A stretch of DNA of 64,000 bases from Spirochaetia bacterium. GTDB taxonomy: Bacteria; Spirochaetota; Spirochaetia; SZUA-6; Bin103. The notes under the pieces are model-generated. The model did no database searches and was not told the DNA's origin. It saw only the letters and a program-made list of their open reading frames with translations. The translations under genes were made by a program, and so were the position numbers. The stretch spans positions 6,112,001 to 6,176,000 of the forward strand of contig CBDBDQ010000005.1 of the NCBI GenBank assembly GCA_965203905.1. The letters are read 5' to 3'. Positions 32,678 through 42,580 of the stretch are shown in pieces. Positions within the stretch are counted from its first letter, which is position 1; each line of letters begins with the position of its first letter.

Positions 32678-34557
32678 GCGACTCGCGACGCGACTCCATG
32701 CCGGCGCCCGGGCGCGGGCGCATGGGCATGTCCCCGTTCGGCTTCCACGGTGGGGACGACCAGCCGGCGGCCAAGGTGGGCCAGACCCTGCTGCGCATGT
32801 ACCGCTACATGAGCGACCGGCCGCTGGCGCTGTTCCTGGTGGTGGCGCTGGCGGTGATCTCCGCCGCCGCCCAGGCCGCGGCGCCGATCTACATCGGCCA
32901 CGCGGTGGACGGCCTCAAGGCGTTCCTGGAGGGGGAAGCCGAACGCGCCACGGCCGGCCGCGGGCTCACCATCGCCATGGTGCTGGTGCTGGTCCTGTTC
33001 CTGGTGGGCTGGCTCACCAACGCCGGCAGCCGTTACGCGCTGGCCGCCGTGGGCCAGCGCATGCTGCTGAGGATGCGCAACCAGGTGATGCAGAAGGTGC
33101 ACGAGCTGTCGCTGACCTACTTCGACCGCAACGAGGCCGGCGACCTGCTGTCGCGGCTCACCAACGACACCGAGGTGATCAATCGCACCGTGGGGATGGG
33201 GCTGTCGCGCCTGGTAACCAGTTTCCTGCTGCTGTTCGCGATCCTGGTCGGCATGCTGTGGCTCAACTGGCGCCTGGCGCTGGCCAGCTTCGTGCTGCTG
33301 CCGCTGATGTACGTGAGCACGGCGGTGTTCTCGAAGCGCGCCCGCAGCGCGTTCCGCAAGACCCGCAAGACCATCAGCGGCGTGAGCTCGGAGCTGGAGC
33401 AGAACATCTCCGGCGCGCGCACCGCGCAGGCGTTCAACCGCCAGTCGTGGAACTCGCAGAGCTTCCGTCAGCTCAACCGCGCCAACCGCGACGCCAACGT
33501 CGGCGCCGAGTCGCTCACGGCGGCGTTCGCGCCCACCATGGACGTGATCAGCGCCATCGGCATTGCCGTGGTGCTGGCCTACGGCGGCTACCTCGCGCGC
33601 CTGGAGCTGGTGACCATCGGCGTGATCGTGGCCTTCCTGCAGTACGTGCGCCGATTCTTCGAGCCGGTGCGCGCCATCTCCATGCTGTGGGCGCAGCTCC
33701 AGTCCTCGATCGCCGGCGCCGAGCGGATCTTCGAGCTGCTCGACGAGCGGCCGCAGATCGAGGACGCCCCGGATGCCAAGCCGCTGATGGTGAAGGACGG
33801 GCGCGTGGTGTTGCGTGACGTGTTCTTCTCCTACGAGCCGCAGACGCCGGTGCTGCAGGGGATGAGCCTGGTGGCGGAGCCGGGCCAGACCGTGGCCCTG
33901 GTGGGCCCGACGGGAGCCGGCAAGACCACCGTCATCAGCCTGTTGGAACGGTTCTACGACATCCAGGGCGGCACCGTGACCATCGACGGACAGGATGTGC
34001 GCGGCGTAACCCAGGAGAGCCTGCGGAGCTGCATCAGCATCGTGCTGCAGGACACCTTCCTGTTCGCCGACACCATCCGCCACAACATCCGCTATGGCCG
34101 GCCGGATGCCGACGACGCGGCGGTGGAGGCGGCGGCGCGGCGGGCGCGCGCGCACGAGTTCATCGCCCAACTCCCCGACGGCTACGACACGGTGCTGCAG
34201 GAGGGCGCCAGCAACCTCAGCCGCGGCCAGCGGCAACTGGTCTCCATTGCGCGCGCCCTGCTCAAGGATCCGCGCATCCTGGTGCTGGACGAGGCCACCT
34301 CCAACGTCGACACCCGCACCGAGCTGCTGATCCAGGCCGCGCTCGGCGAGCTGCTGCAGGGGCGCACCAGCTTCGTCATCGCCCACCGCCTCAGCACCGT
34401 CAAGCGCGCCGACGTGATCTACGTCATCGACGAGGGCCGGGTCGCCGAGAGCGGCACCCACGACGAGCTGCTACGGGCGGACGGCACCTACGCGCGCATC
34501 TACCACAGCCAGTTCGAGCTTACGGAAGCGGCTGGCACCCCCGCGACCGCCGGCTGA
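32674..34557 (+). CDS. Heterodimeric ABC exporter subunit 2
   Basis: GPTGAGKTT, non-canonical signature LSRGQRQ, VLDEATS, IAHRLST; ATGA overlap. Confidence 0.95.
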   Translation: MSDSRRDSMPAPGRGRMGMSPFGFHGGDDQPAAKVGQTLLRMYRYMSDRPLALFLVVALAVISAAAQAAAPIYIGHAVDGLKAFLEGEAERATAGRGLTIAMVLVLVLFLVGWLTNAGSRYALAAVGQRMLLRMRNQVMQKVHELSLTYFDRNEAGDLLSRLTNDTEVINRTVGMGLSRLVTSFLLLFAILVGMLWLNWRLALASFVLLPLMYVSTAVFSKRARSAFRKTRKTISGVSSELEQNISGARTAQAFNRQSWNSQSFRQLNRANRDANVGAESLTAAFAPTMDVISAIGIAVVLAYGGYLARLELVTIGVIVAFLQYVRRFFEPVRAISMLWAQLQSSIAGAERIFELLDERPQIEDAPDAKPLMVKDGRVVLRDVFFSYEPQTPVLQGMSLVAEPGQTVALVGPTGAGKTTVISLLERFYDIQGGTVTIDGQDVRGVTQESLRSCISIVLQDTFLFADTIRHNIRYGRPDADDAAVEAAARRARAHEFIAQLPDGYDTVLQEGASNLSRGQRQLVSIARALLKDPRILVLDEATSNVDTRTELLIQAALGELLQGRTSFVIAHRLSTVKRADVIYVIDEGRVAESGTHDELLRADGTYARIYHSQFELTEAAGTPATAG

Positions 34558-34581
34558 GGCGCCCCCCTGATGGTGTGAGTT

Positions 34582-35244
34582 TCAGTCGAGCCGGAACGGT
34601 GGATAGCGGTCGGTGGTCAGGACGTAGGCGTAGGCCGCGACGCGGAGCCACCAGCGCAGATAACCCTCCATGAACTGGAAGATCCAGCGCGGCTGGCTGC
34701 CGGTAACGAGAATCACGATCCAGCCGAGGATCGACACCGGCGGGACCACCACTCCCAGCACGCTCAGGACGATGTAATGGGGAATCGCGAGCAGCCACTT
34801 GAACAGGGGCAGCACCCGGTTGAGCTCGGCTGAGACATCGGGATAGGCGATCTCCAACGTCACCGCCTGCTGCTCGTCGGTCGAGGGATATTCGTCGCGC
34901 AGCAGGAGCAGGTAGGCGCCGATCCGCGCGCTGAATCGCGCCAGCTCCAGGTTCCAGTTGAACCACCAGCGGGGATACTTCTGTCGGAACAGGATCATGA
35001 GCGCGGTGGCGATGGCAAGCCCGGCGCCGACCCCCGCCGCCCCGGCCGCGGCATTCGACCGGTCACTGAGATCCCAGTTTCCGAAGGTGTCGTACTGGCT
35101 GGGATCGCTGTGACCGGAGAGCAGGCTCGCGACAATCAGAATCGGTATGGCCAGGATGAGGCGCACGAGCACCGAGCCCCGGTTCCTGGTCCCCTCGGGA
35201 AACTCCACCCGGAACTGTACCGGGTAGCTGTCGGATGGATTCAC
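34582..35244 (-). CDS. DUF4389 membrane protein
   Basis: Two internal repeats RLILAIP...YP and KWLLAIPH...TDRYPPF; AAGGAG RBS. Confidence 0.85.
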   Translation of the reverse strand: MNPSDSYPVQFRVEFPEGTRNRGSVLVRLILAIPILIVASLLSGHSDPSQYDTFGNWDLSDRSNAAAGAAGVGAGLAIATALMILFRQKYPRWWFNWNLELARFSARIGAYLLLLRDEYPSTDEQQAVTLEIAYPDVSAELNRVLPLFKWLLAIPHYIVLSVLGVVVPPVSILGWIVILVTGSQPRWIFQFMEGYLRWWLRVAAYAYVLTTDRYPPFRLD

Positions 35245-35421
35245 GGCATCATACTCCTTCGTGCGGCGGCCGGCGGCGGCGAGAAGTCCCCGCGGGCAGG
35301 GCCTGGGGCGTGGCCCCAGATACTACGCACGCAGCCCGCACTGTCAACAGCGCATGCGAAACCGGCGGCCGGCAGCGGCGGAGCGGACGCCGCGCCGCAA
35401 TCGTCCGGTATACTGTGGTTC

Positions 35422-35865
35422 GTGACCGCCAAGCCTCCCTCCACCCACTGGACGCGGCAGATCCCGCGCTACGTAGGCAACCTGCAGCGCTTCATCGTGG
35501 TGCTGATACTGGCGCTCGTCCTGGTCCTCGTCGCGGTCCTGATCGCGCGGCTCGGCTGGCTCATCGTCACGGACCTGCTGCAAACGCCGATCGCGCAGTT
35601 GTCGGCCGCTCAGTTCCTGAATCTGTTCAGCTTCGTGCTGCTGGTCTTGATCGGGGTCGAGCTGATCGAGTCGGTGCAGTTGTTTCTGACCGATGCGCAC
35701 GTGCACGTCGAGTTCCTGATCCTGATCGCACTTACGGCCATCTGCCGCAAGATCATCATCATGGAGGTCACCAAGGAAGCCCCTCTCACCCTGATGGGTA
35801 TCGCTGCACTGGTGATCAGCCTTGCCGCCGCGTACTTCCTCATCAAGGGAAGGCATCTGGAATAG
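35422..35865 (+). CDS. PsiE family membrane protein
   Basis: LLVLIGVELIES, LIALTAICRKIII; four TM segments. Confidence 0.8.
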   Translation: MTAKPPSTHWTRQIPRYVGNLQRFIVVLILALVLVLVAVLIARLGWLIVTDLLQTPIAQLSAAQFLNLFSFVLLVLIGVELIESVQLFLTDAHVHVEFLILIALTAICRKIIIMEVTKEAPLTLMGIAALVISLAAAYFLIKGRHLE

Positions 35866-35903
35866 AGTGAGAGCTGGGGACGCCGCGGCACCCGTTCCCG
35901 GGT

Positions 35904-36692
35904 CTAAACCGTCGGCGCGGCGCCGCCGTCGACGTTGATGGCCGAGCCGGTGACGAAGGCGGCGCGGGCGGAGGCAAGGAACACGATCACGTCGCCGGCT
36001 TCCTCGGCAGCCGCGATCCGCCCGAGCGGAATCTGCTTGCCGCCGTCCTGGTAGAACTGCTCCAGCGTATAGGAAGGATCGTCGGCGTGCTGTAGCTGCC
36101 AGCGGCGGTCGTTCTGTCGGCTCCTGATGTTGCTCACGCACACCGTGTTCACACGGATGCCGGCACCGGCGTATTCGTTGGCCAGCGCCTTGGTCAGGGC
36201 AATGCCGGCGGCGCGCGACAGCGAGGTGGGTACCGAGGCCCCCGGCGCCGCCTTGCCCGCTGGGGTGGTGATGTTGATGATCACGCCGCCGCGCTCCTTC
36301 AGCGCCGGCAGCACGGCACGCACACAGTGCACGGCGCCGTACAGCTTGAGCTGCAGGTCGGCCCCCAGCAGCTCGTCGTCCATCGCCTCGAACCGATTCG
36401 CGTTGCCGGTCCCGGCGTTGTTGACCAGGATGTCGATGCGCCCGAAGTGGTCCCGCACGCGCTGCGCCATCGCCTGAATCTGCTCCATGTCGCCGACGTC
36501 GGCGGCCACCGGCAGCACCTCCGAGCCGGTGGCCGCGGCGATCTCCGCCGCCGCGGTGTCCAGATCCGCCTGGTTGCGCGCCACGATCGCTACCCGTGCG
36601 CCCTCGCGGGCGAAGCGCTCCGCCGCCGCGCGGCCGATCCCGAAGCTGCCACCGGTCACGATGGCCACCATGTTTTGCAAACCGAGGTCCAT
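35904..36692 (-). CDS. Short-chain dehydrogenase/reductase
   Basis: MDLGL..VTGGSFGIG, ILVNNAG, VTGSAINVDGG; the usual YxxxK is replaced by TSLSR. Confidence 0.92.
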   Translation of the reverse strand: MDLGLQNMVAIVTGGSFGIGRAAAERFAREGARVAIVARNQADLDTAAAEIAAATGSEVLPVAADVGDMEQIQAMAQRVRDHFGRIDILVNNAGTGNANRFEAMDDELLGADLQLKLYGAVHCVRAVLPALKERGGVIINITTPAGKAAPGASVPTSLSRAAGIALTKALANEYAGAGIRVNTVCVSNIRSRQNDRRWQLQHADDPSYTLEQFYQDGGKQIPLGRIAAAEEAGDVIVFLASARAAFVTGSAINVDGGAAPTV

Positions 36693-36710
36693 GCGGGCAT
36701 CATAGCCGGT
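36693..36710. promoter_or_regulatory. Overlapping divergent -10 boxes for two leaderless genes
   Basis: 18-bp gap; minus strand TATGAT-N6-ATG, plus strand CATCAT-N7-ATG; no Shine-Dalgarno on either strand. Confidence 0.5.
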
Positions 36711-37478
36711 ATGCAGGAACCGCGCCCCCTCACCAGCGACGAGATCCACTTCTTTCGCTTCAACGGCTTCCTCAAGCTGCCGTGGCGGTTGCCCGACGAC
36801 TTGGTAGAGCGACTCAAGGCCCAGGCCGGCGCCGACGTCGAGCAGGAGGTGGAGCCGCTGGTCCGCGACTACCGCGGCGACGTGATGCGCCTGTCGGCCA
36901 TCTGGGAGCGCGGCGAAGCGTTCCAGGAGGCGCTCGGCGGCGCCGAGGTGGTGCCGGCGCTGCAGTCGCTGCTGGGGCCGGACGTGGAGTTGACGCTCAA
37001 CCGGCACAACCACATGACCCTCAGGCGCCGGGACGACCGCAGCGCCATGTCGGTCTACCTGCATCGCGACGTGAGCAACTGGTCACGCACCATCTGCACG
37101 ATCCTGTTCTATCTCGAAGACACCAACCTGGAGAACGGCTGCACCCAGGTCATCCCCGGCAGTCACCTGCTGCCCAACGTCGCTCCGGGCCTGAAGGCGG
37201 AAACGGACCCCTGGTGGATCGCTTCCGGGCTCCTGGAACAGCGTATCTCGCTGCCGATGCCGGCGGGCGGCATGCTGGCGATCGACAGCATGCTGCTGCA
37301 CGCCGCCGGCAGGAACCGCACCGACGGCACGCGCATGAGCCTCACGGCCGGCTATCACCTGGTGGATCACCACGCCGGTGCCTGGGACCCCAAGCGTGCG
37401 CTGGTCTGCGGCGAGCGCGTCTACCGCGGCAACGATGTGACCCTCATGCGCAAGGAACGGAAGGGCGCTCCCGCATGA
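36711..37478 (+). CDS. Phytanoyl-CoA dioxygenase (PhyH) family Fe/2OG enzyme
   Basis: FRFNGFL, LHRD (HxD), ENGCTQVIPGSH, LLHAAG.N....R. Confidence 0.9.
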   Translation: MQEPRPLTSDEIHFFRFNGFLKLPWRLPDDLVERLKAQAGADVEQEVEPLVRDYRGDVMRLSAIWERGEAFQEALGGAEVVPALQSLLGPDVELTLNRHNHMTLRRRDDRSAMSVYLHRDVSNWSRTICTILFYLEDTNLENGCTQVIPGSHLLPNVAPGLKAETDPWWIASGLLEQRISLPMPAGGMLAIDSMLLHAAGRNRTDGTRMSLTAGYHLVDHHAGAWDPKRALVCGERVYRGNDVTLMRKERKGAPA

Positions 37479-38526
37479 GCAAACCGCGCCTGCTCTTCGC
37501 CCCGGCCCGCGAGCACACCGACAAAGTGTTTTGCCAGCGGATTTGCAGCGTCTGGAAGCACATTTCGAGGTGGATCGCAACGACCGCGACGAGGATCTCG
37601 ATGCGGCTGAAGTGGAGGCCCGCATTGGCGGCTGCGAGGGGCTGGTGACCGGTTGGCGAACCACCGATCCGGGCACGTTGCGCCCGCGCGGAGCGATGCC
37701 GCTTACGCCCGCCATCCTGGAAGCGGCCGACCGGCTCAGGATCATCGCCCACGCAGCCGGGTCGGTACGGCAGATGCTGGCCGAGGTGTGGCACGACTAC
37801 ATCGCACCGCGCCGCATCTGCGTGTTCACCGCCACCGTCGAGATCGGCTACAACGTCGCCGAGACCGCGCTGGGGCTGATGATCATGAGCAGCAAGCGGC
37901 TGCTGGAATACGCGCTGCACCTGCGCCACACAGGTGGCTGGCGGGCCGCCGACATCCCGGTGGACGAGCAGCACGTGTTCGGCGCCACCGTGGGCATCGT
38001 CGGCGCCAGCGACGTGGGGCGCGAGGTGTTGCGCCTGTTGCGGCCGTTCGACGTGCGCGTGCTGCTGTACGATCCCTACCTGGATGCCGCGGAAGCCCGC
38101 GCCCTGGAGGTCGAGCAGGTGGAGTTGGACGAGCTGTTCGCGCGGTCGGACATCGTCACGCTGCACGCGCCGAGCATCCCCGAGACCCGGCACCTGGTGG
38201 GCGCGGCGCAGTTGCGACGGCTGCGCGACGGCGCCCTGCTGGTCAACACCGCCCGCGGCAGCCTCATCGACCAGGAGGCGCTGATCCGGGAGGCGGGCAG
38301 CGGCCGCATCCGCGTGGCCCTGGACGTCACCACGCCGGAACCGCTGCCGGGCGACAGCCCGTTGCGCCGCATGCCCAACGTGATCGTCACCCCGCACCTG
38401 GCCGGGCAAGGCCGTTACGGCCACCTGCGGATCGGCGCCGCCACGCTCCGGGCACTGGAGAACTTCTTCGCCGGACGCCCGGTGCAGGGCGCCATCGATC
38501 ACGCGCGCTGGGCCCGGCTCGCGTGA
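37475..38526 (+). pseudogene. D-isomer 2-hydroxyacid dehydrogenase with a frameshift near 37530
   Basis: MSKPRLLFAP starts at 37475 (ATGA overlap) but the catalytic frame (HAAGSV, GIVGASDVG, VNTARG, LDV..PEP, TPHLAG) begins at 37531; one extra T in TTTT 37529-37532 would join them. Confidence 0.75.
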
Positions 38527-39398
38527 GCACCTCACGGGAGACGCCGGACGCACTCGCCTCCGCCGTGGGTTGCGCCCTCGAACCGTTTCCGCACCTTCTC
38601 TTCGGGTTCCTGTTCGGATCGGCCGCCACGGGACGCCTGCGCCGCGACTCCGACCTGGACGTGGCCGTGTACCAGGCGTCGGCCGGGAAGCTGGAAATCG
38701 AGGTCGACCGCGAACTGGATCGGGAAGCGGAGATCCAGGTTGCCGTGGAACGCGCGACGCAGCGCAATGTGGACCTGCTCACCCTGAACCGGGCGCCGGC
38801 CACCGTGTGTGCCGCAGCGTTGCTGTCCGGCCGTCGCGTGCTGCTGCGCGACGGCGCCCTGTACACTCGCTACCTGCTCGCGGTCACCACGGTGGCCAGC
38901 GACTTCCTGGAGACCGAAGGCGAGTTCCGCGCCATCCGCGCCCGGAGCCGTTCGCTTGCGCCGATCGATCGCAGCCGGCTGCAGCGCATCCTCGACTTCA
39001 TCGACACGGAGCTGAAGGACCGCGACCAGTTCCGCACCGTGACGCTGGAGCGCTATCGGACCGACCGCAACCTGCGGCGCAATCTCGACCGCTGGGAGGA
39101 GACGCTGATCAACGCGGCGATCGACATCGGCAAGATCGTCCTCGGTTCCGAACAACGACCGGTCCCTTACACGTATGGGCAGATCCTGGCCGACCTGGAG
39201 GCTACCGAGCACTTCTCGGACCTGGGCGGCCGCCTCAAGCCGCTGGCGGCGCTCCGTAACGTGCTGGCGCACGAGTACCTGGAGCTGCGCTTCGGGCGCG
39301 TGGCGAGCTTCGTCGCCGATGGAGCGGGCACCATCGAGCGCCTCGCCCGACTCACCGATGTGTGGCTTCGCGCGAGGGGCTCCGAGGAGAGCGCGTAG
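38523..39398 (+). CDS. Fused minimal nucleotidyltransferase + HEPN (DUF86) protein
   Basis: LFGSAATGRLRRDSDLDVAV (GSx10DxD) and RNVLAHEY (Rx4HxY) in one uninterrupted frame. Confidence 0.88.
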   Translation: MSTSRETPDALASAVGCALEPFPHLLFGFLFGSAATGRLRRDSDLDVAVYQASAGKLEIEVDRELDREAEIQVAVERATQRNVDLLTLNRAPATVCAAALLSGRRVLLRDGALYTRYLLAVTTVASDFLETEGEFRAIRARSRSLAPIDRSRLQRILDFIDTELKDRDQFRTVTLERYRTDRNLRRNLDRWEETLINAAIDIGKIVLGSEQRPVPYTYGQILADLEATEHFSDLGGRLKPLAALRNVLAHEYLELRFGRVASFVADGAGTIERLARLTDVWLRARGSEESA

Positions 39399-39509
39399 TC
39401 CCGCCGCCGGCACCGCCGGGCTGCAGCCCTCTACCTTGCCGTCCACACCGGGAGCACCGCGCCGCGGCACAAGGTAGCGGCGGCAGCGCACCGGTAACCG
39501 AGGGTGCGG

Positions 39510-40475
39510 CTATCCCTGCGCGGGAGACACCTCCTCGCTGATCCAGTTGCCGGCCACGTAGACCGGGCGGTACAGCGAGCGCCGCTTGGGTGGCATGTCC
39601 GCCAGCACCGCTGCCGGCGGTTCCCAGTTGTGCCACTTGGCGTGAATGGAGTTGTAGCAGTTGAACACCGCCACCCGCTGCCGCTCCGGGTTGCGCCACG
39701 GCTGACCGCTGTGGGTCAGCGCCTCGGTGAACATCAGCACCGAGCCGGCGGGACAGGCGTACGTCTCCCACAGCGGGCAGTCGGCGCTGAAGATCTCCTC
39801 CGGCGCCGGATAGGCCGCCTTGTGGCTGCCGCTGAGCAGCAGGGTGCCGCCGTCGTCCTCCGCCACCTCGTTCAACTCCCACACGATCCGCACCATGCCG
39901 GCATAGGCACGTCCCGGGAAGGCCTGGTAGTGATGACAGTCCCCGGGCAGGCGCATCATTCCGTTGCCGTTGTGCGGCCCGAAGGAACCGTCACCGCGGG
40001 AGCCGTGGCGGCCGCCGTGAGCGCTGCGCACGGTGATGAAGCTGTGCTCCTGGCGAAATCCGTAGCCCGCGTCGGTCTCCAGGGAGTTGCCGCCACCGTC
40101 GGTGAAGGGGTTGTAGATGAATTCCTGGGCAAAGCCGATCACCACGGGGTGGTCGGTGAGACGCTGCAGCGGTCCGCCCACCGGGGAGCGCCGATGCTCC
40201 GGAATCGCCTCCGGATCGGTCTCCAGGCGCAGCACGAACTCGCGCATCTCCTCGATCTCGGCCTCATCCAGGACCCCCGGAATCGCCAGCCACCCCTTGG
40301 TATCGAAGTGGTACTTCTGCGCCGCGGTGAGCGGCACCACCGCTCGGCCCTCGGCGTCGGCGGTAGCGAAGCGCACCGCATCGGTCATCATCGGCGCGCC
40401 CATATCCTTGTCCAGCACGAACGCCGGCGCCGTCCCGGCCGCCAGCCGCTCGCGCGCGGAAACGCGTTGCTTCAT
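39510..40475 (-). CDS. PhyH-family Fe/2OG enzyme with HxG in place of HxD
   Basis: QKYHFDTKGWL, GPHNG, DGGTLLLSGSHK, EALTHSG.PW, QRVAVF; TACACT-N7-ATG supports the 40475 start. Confidence 0.85.
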   Translation of the reverse strand: MKQRVSARERLAAGTAPAFVLDKDMGAPMMTDAVRFATADAEGRAVVPLTAAQKYHFDTKGWLAIPGVLDEAEIEEMREFVLRLETDPEAIPEHRRSPVGGPLQRLTDHPVVIGFAQEFIYNPFTDGGGNSLETDAGYGFRQEHSFITVRSAHGGRHGSRGDGSFGPHNGNGMMRLPGDCHHYQAFPGRAYAGMVRIVWELNEVAEDDGGTLLLSGSHKAAYPAPEEIFSADCPLWETYACPAGSVLMFTEALTHSGQPWRNPERQRVAVFNCYNSIHAKWHNWEPPAAVLADMPPKRRSLYRPVYVAGNWISEEVSPAQG

Positions 40476-40671
40476 GACGTCGAGTGTAGCCGCGGCACCG
40501 CGACTGTCGCCAGCGGGGCCAGCGGGCAGTGCCGTATTTCGAATCCCGCCGGTTACCGGAACGTAGCGAGGGCCGCGGAGGATACCCCCCAGCGGCCCTC
40601 TCCGATAACAGGCGCCGCGGTTCAGCCGCTGCCGCTCTCGCCGCCCGAGCGAGTGTCCTCATGGTGCGCAG

Positions 40672-42354
40672 TTACGCCGGCCAGGCGATCAATGCCAAGC
40701 GGGCCAGTTCCTCCTGTCGGCGCGCGATCTGGTGCGGCGCCCAATCTTCGACTTCGGCGACCATCCTGGTGAGCCGGTACGGTGATGTTCCGTAGAGACG
40801 TCGCTTGTCCGCGAATCTCTCGCTCTTCAGTGCGGCGTTGCTGCTTGCCCGGAGCAGCACCTGATTGCCCAGACGGTTGACGTACATCGCGGCCTCATCC
40901 ACGCTGAACTGCGGCCAGTTGCCCTCGGGTTTCTTCGGCAGGACGTGCTCCAAATTGATCACCGTCGGATCCTGCGTGGGCATGAACCACGGCTCTCGCT
41001 CCCCTGCGGCCGCCATCTCCAAAGCGCGCAGATAGTACCGCGCCAGTTGCGCCCTGGACACGCGAGCCGCTTCGAACGCGCGGCGAAATTCCTCGTCACC
41101 TGGTGTCATGCCGTTCAGTTTTCCCTTCAGATCACGTGTCGTACTCAACTCGCCGGCGGCCACACCGTGCGCTGCAGACGCCAACGGGACCTCGACCGAC
41201 CCACTGCGGGTACCGCTGGCGATGAGCAGTCTTACGCCAAGGGAAAGGGCGAACCGAAAGGCCGCATCGGCCTCATCACGCGCGAACTCCATCGCTACGG
41301 CCAGCAGAAGCGGACGCATGGGACGGATGTTCAACAGGTTGAGAACCTTCAACGACCGCCTGGCGGCGTCCGAATACCCATTCCAGCGCTCGTGCTCGAT
41401 ATTGAAGGTCGCCACATAGGCATTGGCAAGCTGTTCAAGCCTGGTGGCGAAGTTGATCGCCGTGTAATCGCTCCTCACCCGCTCCTGCACTGCGTCGTAC
41501 ACTTGCGACTCCCGGGTGTGTCCACGGATCGTGATCAACGCGTGACGCAGAAAGTCGACGGTGATGTCGCTGTCATCGAGGCTCTCCAGCGTTCCCCGGA
41601 GATAACTCCAGCGGCTGCGCACTTCATCGATCCGGTCGCCGGAGCGGCTGAACAGGTAGTTCTTGATCAGGTCGGCCTGCGAGGTGCGCAGGCCGCGGTC
41701 GTTGAGAGTCTCGAACATCTTGTATGCGTTTGCATCGTTCGGTACACGCAGGAGGACGACCAGAGCACGCTGTTCGATGAACGAGACCCAATGATCGAGC
41801 TGATCGCCGTGGTCCTTCTCATCTATCGAGGACACGATGCTGCGAACGTATCCCCTCGCGCGCCGCTGAGCGTCTCTGAGCAGGAAATGCGAAGTCCGCT
41901 CCGCTGCCGGCTCACTCTGGTCCGGATTGCGGGCAACGATCCACTCGAACAGAGCATTGTCGTCGGCATTGAGCCGCAGCTTCGGAACCCGCGCACGCCT
42001 CTGCCGATCGATGCCGGTCAGGAAGTCGTTGTCGATCGCTTCGACGATCACGTCCTCCTTGCCGATCAGGTAATCGCGTATCGCCGCCAGCAGGATGGCG
42101 GTCGTGGCAAGCCGCTGTTGGCCGTCGACTACCTCCAGCGTGCCGTCGGGTCTGGGAATGGTGACTATGGTGCCCAGGAAATAGCCCGGCTCCCCGTCGG
42201 CGATCGCCTTCGCGAAGTCTCGGCACAGTTGCATCACCTCGCGGTCGGTCCAGGCGTATTCGCGCTGGTTGGGAGGCACCGTCAACCGGTACTGCTTCAG
42301 CACGCTGCCCAAGCCCAACTGCTGAAACGCTATCTGGCTTTGCGTGTCGGACAT
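40672..42354 (-). CDS. DUF262-DUF1524 (GmrSD/SspE-like) nuclease
   Basis: PPNQREYAW, VVDGQQR, FETLNDRG; C-terminal LEHVLP..NRLGN..N HNH-like motif; more AT-rich than the flanks. Confidence 0.92.
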   Translation of the reverse strand: MSDTQSQIAFQQLGLGSVLKQYRLTVPPNQREYAWTDREVMQLCRDFAKAIADGEPGYFLGTIVTIPRPDGTLEVVDGQQRLATTAILLAAIRDYLIGKEDVIVEAIDNDFLTGIDRQRRARVPKLRLNADDNALFEWIVARNPDQSEPAAERTSHFLLRDAQRRARGYVRSIVSSIDEKDHGDQLDHWVSFIEQRALVVLLRVPNDANAYKMFETLNDRGLRTSQADLIKNYLFSRSGDRIDEVRSRWSYLRGTLESLDDSDITVDFLRHALITIRGHTRESQVYDAVQERVRSDYTAINFATRLEQLANAYVATFNIEHERWNGYSDAARRSLKVLNLLNIRPMRPLLLAVAMEFARDEADAAFRFALSLGVRLLIASGTRSGSVEVPLASAAHGVAAGELSTTRDLKGKLNGMTPGDEEFRRAFEAARVSRAQLARYYLRALEMAAAGEREPWFMPTQDPTVINLEHVLPKKPEGNWPQFSVDEAAMYVNRLGNQVLLRASSNAALKSERFADKRRLYGTSPYRLTRMVAEVEDWAPHQIARRQEELARLALIAWPA

Positions 42355-42580
42355 GATCAACTACACCCGCCTACGCGACCTGGCCGTGGCAGGCGGTGTC
42401 TCCATGCGCACAGATCCTCTTCCGTAAGGCCCAGCGAGGCGAGCTCAGATCGCAGGAAGGTCTCATGGAATTCGCCCAAACGCTGATCATATTCGGGATC
42501 GATGTCGTTGTGCCAGAGACAGAAAAGTAAGGCCTCCGGCGAGGCACTCCAACCTCCGTGTAATTTAATTTCAGAAGAAG

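Noticed and set aside
16100-35903. Shared CCGGGAACGG...GCGTCCC words in intergenic gaps near 16100 and 35880 as a REP-like family
   Set aside because: Two short, degenerate copies in GC-rich DNA are compatible with chance.
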